Below are positions 16,455 to 23,202 of a stretch of 64,000 nt of DNA, in pieces (positions within the stretch are counted from its first letter, which is position 1; each line of letters opens with the position of its first letter). Source of the stretch: a virus; the IMG/VR virus record IMGVR_UViG_3300028394_000034; one strand, written 5' to 3'. Below the pieces are notes generated by a model. It was not told the DNA's origin. It searched no databases and saw nothing but the letters and a program-made list of their open reading frames with translations. Made by a program: the position numbers and the translations under genes.

Positions 16455-16679
16455 TCACACAGGAGTCGGATTCGACCGGTAGTATTTTGCCCACAGATCA
16501 TCGATCACGAACTGGACAACGCGATCATGTGAACCACGGCAGACATAGTAGCCCATGTGGATATCGAACAGAGCAAACGATCCATCCTCTTTCGGATGAA
16601 ACGTAAACCCACACTTGTAGGCGTAGGCGTTGATCTTACCCTTGACAGTCGAACTTTTCGGAGGCTTTCTCATTTTCAT
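16455..16679 (-). CDS. Hypothetical protein
   Basis: AAGGA RBS; behind promoter 16711. Confidence 0.6.
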   Translation of the reverse strand: MKMRKPPKSSTVKGKINAYAYKCGFTFHPKEDGSFALFDIHMGYYVCRGSHDRVVQFVIDDLWAKYYRSNPTPV

Positions 16680-16710
16680 TCCTTCTTTCTTCTCTTGTTC
16701 TTATATCGAC

Positions 16711-16738
16711 ATTATACCATACCCTCTTTAGGTTGCAA
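16711..16738 (-). promoter_or_regulatory. sigma70-type promoter, class II
   Basis: TTGCAA-16-TATAAT-gtCGATA. Confidence 0.75.
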
Positions 16739-16780
16739 GCAAAATCTTTCCTTACAAAGTCGTAAGGTTTGCCGGCCGTA

Positions 16781-16840
16781 TTGGCACAGCATTTGCTATA
16801 TGCAATTATCATGCCAAACTTTTTTGGCACAGCATTTGCG
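16781..16840. promoter_or_regulatory. Triplet of sigma54-type sites (+,-,+)
   Basis: TTGGCACAGCATTTGC / minus-strand TTGGCATGATAATTGCA / TTGGCACAGCATTTGC. Confidence 0.7.
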
Positions 16841-16851
16841 TTACCGCTTGA

Positions 16852-16933
16852 CGTAAAGTGTTGGTATATAAGCACTTATGGCAAATTCGGCCCCGAAAAT
16901 TCGTCGTAAGTCCTTTGGTATCAAGGGTTTACG
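16852..16933. repeat. Family-A element A13
   Basis: 29+24+29 layout; right arm TATCAAGGGTTTA is an exact IHF consensus. Confidence 0.9.
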
Positions 16934-16957
16934 TCGAATCTTTTGTACACTACTATA

Positions 16958-17275
16958 CTACTGTATAGTCATCCCCTCGATATAGGGGAATACCTTACCA
17001 TTTGTATGTACGTTCCACTCTCCCTTTACTTGTCGAACATATCCCGGAATATACTGATTTATCCTATCCTTAGTCGTTGGGGTATACCATCCCCCTGTTC
17101 GTAGGGTATAGGTATTATCCTCATGGATTGTGACCACATATGTACTGTGGAGCATTACCCCTACGCTACCATCTGGCATAATCTCAGCATATGTATTGTT
17201 ACCAATCTTTCGGGATTGCCGGCCCGTCTTACCATGTACCATCTTTACTGCTTCAGTGTGTGTCATTTTGCTCAC
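16958..17275 (-). CDS. Conserved small phage protein
   Basis: KIGNNT...LH.T.VV...L.TGGWYT.TTKDRIN. Confidence 0.65.
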   Translation of the reverse strand: MSKMTHTEAVKMVHGKTGRQSRKIGNNTYAEIMPDGSVGVMLHSTYVVTIHEDNTYTLRTGGWYTPTTKDRINQYIPGYVRQVKGEWNVHTNGKVFPYIEGMTIQ

Positions 17276-17533
17276 CAGCTTTCGCTGATCATCCCTAGTA
17301 ATTGTTGAAGAAACTGTAGAATCTCTTTTATGTTATATGTGGCATAATCCACATAACCATCGGGCAGATACCTAGACATAATTTTCTCAGTCGTTGTCGT
17401 GAAGGATGGAATGGATAGCGTTACCTACCTCGTGGGCAGTGTAAGACATGAAACCAGCAAAACTAATCAGGGCAAACAGCTGAACGTATTCGATAGGCGT
17501 AATCATTTAGGAGTCTCTCTTTCTTGTTTGTCT

Positions 17534-17563
17534 ATTATACAGTATCGGCTATTCTCTTGTCAA
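17534..17563 (-). promoter_or_regulatory. sigma70-type promoter
   Basis: TTGACA-18(CGATA)-TATAAT. Confidence 0.75.
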
Positions 17564-17567
17564 CCAC

Positions 17568-17726
17568 TTAGAAATTCCAAATGCTTTTTGAATTATAGGG
17601 GAGCAGATCGTCAATCGGGAAGCCCGTAGCTTCTGCAACAATCTTTCGGGCTACCATCCAATCGGCGGCGGATGCTTGACCGATAAACTTGTGATCACCA
17701 TAGCTGAAGAAGTAAAACGTTTTCAT
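17568..17726 (-). CDS. Small hypothetical protein (52 aa)
   Basis: MKTFYFFSYGDHKFIG...; AAGGA RBS behind promoter 17756 (hand translation). Confidence 0.5.
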   Translation of the reverse strand: MKTFYFFSYGDHKFIGQASAADWMVARKIVAEATGFPIDDLLPYNSKSIWNF

Positions 17727-17755
17727 TTTCTTTTTTCCTTTTCTCTTGTTTCTCT

Positions 17756-17785
17756 ATTATACTCTATCGGTTATTGTCTTGTCAA
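17756..17785 (-). promoter_or_regulatory. sigma70-type promoter
   Basis: TTGACA-18(CGATA)-TATAAT. Confidence 0.75.
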
Positions 17786-17812
17786 CTCTTGAACCTTGCA
17801 ATGTCGTAAGGT

Positions 17813-18055
17813 TCAGGCAAAATCCTCTTCACCAAAGAAATCATCGAGCCATTGGTCATCAGTCTCGATATGATCCTCAGTATCCCCCATAATGGGGTCC
17901 CAACCTTCCCCATCGTCAAGGCCCGGAATGTAGTCGGCTTCCATGCTATCGTCTGCAATGATCGTGCAATGCTCACCACACTGGGAGCAAATCTCATGAT
18001 CGACATTGCTTTCAGCATTGCAGCAATCGGAAACGTATAAGGTATTCTTTTCCAT
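17813..18055 (-). CDS. Small Zn-ribbon plus acidic-tail protein
   Basis: SDCCNA...CSQCGEHC then D/E-rich C-terminus. Confidence 0.65.
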   Translation of the reverse strand: MEKNTLYVSDCCNAESNVDHEICSQCGEHCTIIADDSMEADYIPGLDDGEGWDPIMGDTEDHIETDDQWLDDFFGEEDFA

Positions 18056-18101
18056 TTTCTTATCCTCTTTTCTTTCTTGTTCTCTTTTCTCTTATATCGA
18101 C

Positions 18102-18129
18102 ATTATACAGTAGATTCTGAAACATTCAA
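18102..18129 (-). promoter_or_regulatory. sigma70-type promoter, class II
   Basis: TTGAAT-16-TATAAT-gtCGATA. Confidence 0.7.
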
Positions 18130-18192
18130 GCAAAATCCAAAAAGATTTATGTCAAGAGATTTTGACAAAACTTTTCATCATTTTCTATACGA

Positions 18193-18252
18193 TTGGCATA
18201 CCATTTGCTCTATGCAATTATCGTGCCAAACTTTTTTGGCATGAAATTTGCT
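18193..18252. promoter_or_regulatory. Triplet of sigma54-type sites (+,-,+)
   Basis: TTGGCATACCATTTGC / minus-strand TTGGCACGATAATTGCA / TTGGCATGAAATTTGC. Confidence 0.7.
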
Positions 18253-18289
18253 GTGTGTTAAGATAGGTAAGATTGGGCCAAAAACGTGT

Positions 18290-18371
18290 CGTAAGTCATT
18301 GCAGCATAAGCACTTACGACGAGCCGGCCGCCGCGAATTTGACGTAAGTCCTTTATCCATAAGGGTTTGCA
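18290..18371. repeat. Family-A element A14
   Basis: 29+24+29 layout. Confidence 0.9.
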
Positions 18372-18666
18372 TCAAGCCGGCCAGTATACAAGCGTATACC
18401 CTACAGAATAGAGTATAATTCCCCTACGATCACAAAGAACCTATACGCTAGAACAGTTAGCAGTATACAAGCGATCAGGTCTACAATTATCATGATACCA
18501 ATTCCTCTTTTGCTTGAAGTGATTCCACAAGAGCCCAACATTCATTGAACGTAATATGTCGGGCGATTACCACCCCACCATACCATACCTCATACCGATC
18601 CCCTGTCCGATTGGAAGTATTCCAGTAGATCATTTTCTTTTGCATGGCTTGTATCCTCTTTTCCGT

Positions 18667-18695
18667 ATTGTATACGTTGTCCGTTTAGGTGTCAA
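18667..18695 (-). promoter_or_regulatory. sigma70-type promoter
   Basis: TTGACA-17-TACAAT. Confidence 0.75.
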
Positions 18696-18880
18696 GCGGT
18701 AGCCAAATAATTGCAAGAAACACACTTGTCGAGATACATTGAACGATATCCAACATTCTCGATTTTCAACGTGAACAGGAGTCGATACCCTTCCATATAC
18801 TTGACGCTCACGATTTCCCCAACAAACTTTTCACCCGTAGCATATTCGACCGAGACGTTGTATCCGATTTCCATTTTCAT
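18692..18880 (-). CDS. Small beta-rich protein, paralog of 15478-15657
   Basis: MEIGYNVSVEYATGEKFVGEIV...GYRSMYLDKC. Confidence 0.7.
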   Translation of the reverse strand: MKMEIGYNVSVEYATGEKFVGEIVSVKYMEGYRLLFTLKIENVGYRSMYLDKCVSCNYLATA

Positions 18881-18914
18881 TTCCTTTTCTTTATCGTTCG
18901 TTTCTTGTTTCTGT

Positions 18915-18943
18915 ATTATACTGATCGGCTTTTTTGTTGTCAA
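18915..18943 (-). promoter_or_regulatory. sigma70-type promoter
   Basis: TTGACA-17-TATAAT, perfect consensus. Confidence 0.9.
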
Positions 18944-18960
18944 TACCTTAGAAAATATTT

Positions 18961-19194
18961 TTACCGATAGATTCCATCGTTGATAACGTATCCGTCATTA
19001 TCCACTTCGATGAACTCTCCTTCATCACCCATCGGAAAGAAATATTCGATCATGTTTCGATTATTCTTCGCTTCGTCAAGCAGTTCTCCACCGATTGCAT
19101 ATTCGGTACCAACCAGAGTATCCAGTTCAATCGAATTGTTGTAGAGCACTTCGTTCAGTTCTTCCCGATTCATGATGATTTTCGTATTCTTCAT
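18961..19194 (-). CDS. Acidic hypothetical protein
   Basis: MKNTKIIMNREEL...; first gene after promoter 19235. Confidence 0.6.
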   Translation of the reverse strand: MKNTKIIMNREELNEVLYNNSIELDTLVGTEYAIGGELLDEAKNNRNMIEYFFPMGDEGEFIEVDNDGYVINDGIYR

Positions 19195-19234
19195 TTTCTT
19201 ATCCTTTTCTTTCCTTGTTTTCTCTTGTGCTTTC

Positions 19235-19262
19235 ATTATACAGTATTTATCGACCACTTCAA
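19235..19262 (-). promoter_or_regulatory. sigma70-type promoter
   Basis: TTGAAG-16(CGATA)-TATAAT. Confidence 0.7.
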
Positions 19263-19317
19263 TAGGAAAAATAAAAAAATCCAAAATATATTTTCATGCC
19301 AAATAACTTTTTTCTTT

Positions 19318-19334
19318 TTGGCACACCACTTGCG
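19318..19334 (+). promoter_or_regulatory. sigma54-type -24/-12 site
   Basis: TTGGCACACCACTTGCG. Confidence 0.6.
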
Positions 19335-19345
19335 TTAAAACTTGA

Positions 19346-19427
19346 CGTAAACCGTTGGCACATAAGCACTTACGACGAATTTTCGGGAGAGAGATCATCA
19401 TAAGTTGTTTATTTTCATATACTTACA
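19346..19427. repeat. Family-A element A15 (most divergent linker)
   Basis: cgtaaac-N15-acttacg, 24 nt, cataagt-N15-acttaca. Confidence 0.8.
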
Positions 19428-19674
19428 GCTTAGGGGGTTTTTTTGTTTTAAATAGGCTAGGTAAATTGGGGAAGAAAAACCTGGGGTGGTCCAAACATAG
19501 TAAGCGACCTCCAGTATAATTGGCCAGTTTAATGACCACTTATTCTTTATTATATACTGATCCCATTAATCATATATCAAAAGCCCCCAATCTTTCTAGA
19601 ATATCATCGATCAACAGGGGGTATTTTACCAGCTAATTGAAAAACTAGAACGACCCATCTCTGATCCATAAAAT

Positions 19675-19712
19675 AAAAAAAAGAGGCAAGCATTTCTGCC
19701 TGCCCCTTTTAA
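19675..19712 (-). terminator. Rho-independent terminator
   Basis: ggggcaggca-GAAA-tgcttgcctc followed by a T run. Confidence 0.85.
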
Positions 19713-19735
19713 AAGCCAGTAAGCTTTGATAGATT

Positions 19736-20035
19736 TCAGTAATTATAGACTCTATAACTCTGATAATTCACAACCGGAGTTGTTACATATTGAATATTAG
19801 GAACCACCACATCAGTATAATATACTGGTCTAGTAACCATTACCTGAACAGGAACCATAACCACCATTGGAACTTGAACAGCCCCATAATAAACTGGAGG
19901 TTGAGCAACCAATGGAGCAGAGTATACAGGAGGTCTAGGATGATGCTTTTGCCAACAACTTTCAAAACCAAAAGTTTCATTCCCATAACATAACCCACCT
20001 AACACTGCACAAATTAATAAAATCTTTTTAGTCAT
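19736..20035 (-). CDS. Secreted Pro/Val/Tyr-rich small protein
   Basis: Signal-like MTKKILLICAVLGGLCYG. Confidence 0.55.
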   Translation of the reverse strand: MTKKILLICAVLGGLCYGNETFGFESCWQKHHPRPPVYSAPLVAQPPVYYGAVQVPMVVMVPVQVMVTRPVYYTDVVVPNIQYVTTPVVNYQSYRVYNY

Positions 20036-20039
20036 TGTT

Positions 20040-20258
20040 TCAACCTTCTGAGTTGATTTGGATTGTACTATTCTTCCTTGGACGACCACGTTCCTTTTTC
20101 AAACTCAACTTCCTACGTTGACGACGAACCATAGCTGTTGTTACAGATTGTCCCGTCATCTGACTAAGCTTACCAGCTAAAGCCTCATCGTTAAACAAAA
20201 GATGGTTATTTTGAATATAGTCTGTTTCTGTACTTGTCCACTTTTTATAATTGGCCAT
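20040..20258 (-). CDS. Small HTH (Myb-like) DNA-binding protein
   Basis: KKWTSTETDYI...LA.KLS...VTTAMVRRQRRKLSL plus RGRPRK AT-hook-like tail. Confidence 0.55.
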   Translation of the reverse strand: MANYKKWTSTETDYIQNNHLLFNDEALAGKLSQMTGQSVTTAMVRRQRRKLSLKKERGRPRKNSTIQINSEG

Positions 20259-20462
20259 AAATTTTGATCCTTTTCTAAATATTGACTAAAACCATATTGA
20301 CATTATTATATTAGGTATTGACAAGTTTCGCGCAAGGAGATTTTATGACAAGCAACGACCTTAATCTGATAGATTCCATTTTGACAGTAAAGGCTTCTGG
20401 CGTAGAGGATGTTTCTAAGGATTTGAACCTCCCCGAAGGAAAGAGTATAGCAGAACTATTAC

Positions 20463-21155
20463 ATGACCAACAAAAAACCGACAAAATCGACCAAACCTAA
20501 AATATCAGATAAAAATAATAGTGATTTACCAAATGGCGTTTCTCAAGAAGAATTTCTCATAGTATTGGATAACATAAGCAAAAGACTTGGCCACAAATTC
20601 CGCTTCGGTTATCACGACTTTGATGATATGAAACAACAAGCTGCCATATTCGCTATGGAAGGCTTGGAAAAATACGATAATAGTCGCCCATTAGAGAATT
20701 TCTTATGGACCCACGTAAGAAATCGCCTCTTTAATTTTAAACGTAATAATTATCAAAGGCCCGACAAACCCTGTTTTACCTGTCCATTATTTGATAAAGC
20801 CTATAAATGCTCTAACAATCAGTGTTCAAAATACACAGATAAGAGTGAGTGTGAATTATATTCATCTTGGGCAACACGAAATGATGCCAAGAAGAATATT
20901 ATGCAACCTTCCCATATCGAACATGACATCCACCACTGCAAAAACCAAAATTTCACCACATTAATTCAAAATCAAGAGATTATTAAATTTCTAGATCAGA
21001 ATATCCAGTCAGAACATAGAGAATGTTATCTCAAATTGAAGCATGGACACAAAATTCCCAAGCAACAGCTTAATAAATTACAAAAACATATCTCAGAACT
21101 AATGGAGAAAAAAGAGTGGCAACAAATAACGCCCCCCGAAAACGAGGACAATTAA
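20463..21155 (+). CDS. Phage RNA polymerase sigma factor (sigma70-like), probably the late sigma
   Basis: Region 2: DDMKQQAAIFAMEGLEKYD...FLWTHVRNRLFNFKR; Cys-rich insert; C-terminal helix region. Confidence 0.7.
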   Translation: MTNKKPTKSTKPKISDKNNSDLPNGVSQEEFLIVLDNISKRLGHKFRFGYHDFDDMKQQAAIFAMEGLEKYDNSRPLENFLWTHVRNRLFNFKRNNYQRPDKPCFTCPLFDKAYKCSNNQCSKYTDKSECELYSSWATRNDAKKNIMQPSHIEHDIHHCKNQNFTTLIQNQEIIKFLDQNIQSEHRECYLKLKHGHKIPKQQLNKLQKHISELMEKKEWQQITPPENEDN

Positions 21156-21946
21156 GCTTAGAAGAAGAAAAGTTTATAAGAGACCATTTTGACAAGTTAT
21201 CTATTGAACAAATCTCAGAAGTTTTAAATCGAAATCCCCCTCCAATCAAAAGATATATAGAGGAGAGCCGATTAACTGTACCCACCGAAGAAAAGAACGA
21301 CAATGCTTTCTTAAAACAAAAACTCCACACCAAAACATTCTGGACCGAAGTTCAAAGACAATTTGATGAAGAGTCTGGGGAGTTAGCCTATTTTGAAGAT
21401 ACTTGGGTTGGCCTAATTAAACAGTTTAGAGAGGATGTTCTACCCGCCGAAGAACTTCAAATTAAACAATTCATCACTATAGATATTCTTATCAATAGAA
21501 GTATGAAAGAACGTAAACGTCATATTAGCGAAACCGACAAGCTACAACGTTTAGTTGATAAAGAATATGATAAGTCTGAAGACCAAAGAGATGCCGCCAG
21601 ACTCATGAATTTAGAAACTCAATTAAGTTTTGCCCGTAATAGTATAGCCAATTATACAAATGAATATACTAAACTGCTTAACGAACAACAAAAAATAAGC
21701 AAAGACTTAAAGGCCACACGAGAGCAAAGAATTAAAAGAATCGAAGATGGCAAAAGCTCATGGACCGGATTAATAAGAATGTTAGAGGACGAAGTTATTA
21801 GAGAACGTGAAGGCCGTGAGATGGAAATATTAGCATTAGCCACCGACAAAGCCAAGAAAACTCTTCAAGGATATCACTCATACGAAGATCGAACATTAGA
21901 CCGCCCCTTTTTAACCCCCGACAGTGTAGAGGACAATAATGAATAA
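21116..21946 (+). CDS. Putative terminase small subunit (N-terminal HTH plus coiled coil)
   Basis: HTH-like N-terminus, long helical body, upstream of TerL; position-based. Confidence 0.4.
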   Translation: MATNNAPRKRGQLSLEEEKFIRDHFDKLSIEQISEVLNRNPPPIKRYIEESRLTVPTEEKNDNAFLKQKLHTKTFWTEVQRQFDEESGELAYFEDTWVGLIKQFREDVLPAEELQIKQFITIDILINRSMKERKRHISETDKLQRLVDKEYDKSEDQRDAARLMNLETQLSFARNSIANYTNEYTKLLNEQQKISKDLKATREQRIKRIEDGKSSWTGLIRMLEDEVIREREGREMEILALATDKAKKTLQGYHSYEDRTLDRPFLTPDSVEDNNE

Positions 21947-22946
21947 AGTAGCTATGGTAACAGGAGTAACCGGCCAAGACGGATCTTATTTAAGTGAACT
22001 ATTACTTAATCAAAATTATACAGTGATAGGACTTCATCGTAGAAGTAGTGTTAATAACTTTGAAAGAATTAACCACCTATTAAATAATCCCCGTTTTAAG
22101 CTAGAAGAATTTGATCTAACTGACCCTAGCGATTGTTCATATGTTATAGAGTCCTATAGCCCCAACGAGCTTTACAATCTTGCTGCACAAAGCCATGTGG
22201 CCACCAGTTTTAAACAACCCACAACCACCATGGAGATTAATACAATAGGAGTTATCAATCTTCTAGAGACCATAAGAGCCCGATCTCCAAAGACTCGTTT
22301 TTATCAGGCTAGTACTAGTGAGATGTTTGGGGCAAATTATACTTCGGGAGATTTTGGTGGAAAATATCAAAATGAGGATACTCCATTTCTTCCTCAAAGT
22401 CCTTATGCTGTTGGTAAGTTGTCTAGTCATAGGATGGTGCAGATTTATAGAGAGGCATATAATATGTATGCTTGTTCTGGTATTCTATTTAATCATGAAA
22501 GTCCCCGCCGTGGTGAAAACTTTGTTACTCGAAAAATCACGAGATATCTAGGCCGTTTAATTAATGGTGTAATTTCTAAAGAGAATAAACTCAAGCTTGG
22601 TAATTTAGATGCGACAAGAGACTGGGGCCATGCTAAAGATTATGTTGAGGCTATGTATTTAATGATGACTCAACAAAAAGCAGACGATTACGTTATTGCA
22701 ACAGGGTCAGCATATACTGTACGAAACTTTTTAGAAAAAGCTTTTGGTCTTGTTAATCTAGATTATAAAGACTATGTAGAAATTGATCCTGAACTGTATA
22801 GGCCCGCTGAAGTTACTTATCTTAAGGGAGATTATTCCAAAGCTAAAAAACAATTAGGATGGACTCCAACATCTTCTTTGGATGATCTCGTTAAGGATAT
22901 GGTAAATAGTGACATTGAGGCATATTCAAATGCTAAGAAACTTTAA
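21939..22946 (+). CDS. gmd: GDP-mannose 4,6-dehydratase
   Basis: GVTGQDGSYL, YNLAAQSHV, YQASTSEMFG, SPYAVGK, FNHESPRRGENFVTRKI, GNLDATRDWG. Confidence 0.95.
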   Translation: MNKVAMVTGVTGQDGSYLSELLLNQNYTVIGLHRRSSVNNFERINHLLNNPRFKLEEFDLTDPSDCSYVIESYSPNELYNLAAQSHVATSFKQPTTTMEINTIGVINLLETIRARSPKTRFYQASTSEMFGANYTSGDFGGKYQNEDTPFLPQSPYAVGKLSSHRMVQIYREAYNMYACSGILFNHESPRRGENFVTRKITRYLGRLINGVISKENKLKLGNLDATRDWGHAKDYVEAMYLMMTQQKADDYVIATGSAYTVRNFLEKAFGLVNLDYKDYVEIDPELYRPAEVTYLKGDYSKAKKQLGWTPTSSLDDLVKDMVNSDIEAYSNAKKL

Positions 22947-23202
22947 TGATCCAACATATAAAAAATGGCGCAAAGCTGTATATTCTAGAGATGGTCACAA
23001 GTGTCAGTGGCCAGGATGTTCAATTAGGAAAAAGTTAAATGCTCATCATATAAAAACTTGGGCTGAATTTCCAGCATTAAGATACTGTACTCAAAATGGT
23101 ATAACATTATGTTATAATCATCATAAAATGATTAAAGGAATGGAAAGCATCTATGAGGGCATCTTTTTAAAGATTGCAAATGAAAATGACAAATCACTCT
23201 GA
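22909..23202 (+). CDS. HNH endonuclease (packaging-associated type)
   Basis: RDGHKCQWPGC...AHHIK...NGITLCYNHH. Confidence 0.85.
   Translation: MTLRHIQMLRNFNDPTYKKWRKAVYSRDGHKCQWPGCSIRKKLNAHHIKTWAEFPALRYCTQNGITLCYNHHKMIKGMESIYEGIFLKIANENDKSL

Noticed and set aside
2804-19427. Family-A repeats as a CRISPR array
   Set aside because: Intervals are 0.7-2.6 kb and contain genes and promoters; copies are degenerate; no cas genes
2804-19427. Family-A repeats as canonical integron attC sites
   Set aside because: No conserved RYYYAAC/GTTRRRY pair, length is invariant, cassettes carry their own promoters, and there is no IntI in the window; only the analogy is kept
2923-19993. Plus-strand ORFs in the early region (2923-4023, 7132-7842, 13209-13655, 14211-14627, etc.)
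   Set aside because: Antisense shadows of better-supported minus-strand genes or repeats; no RBS or promoter support
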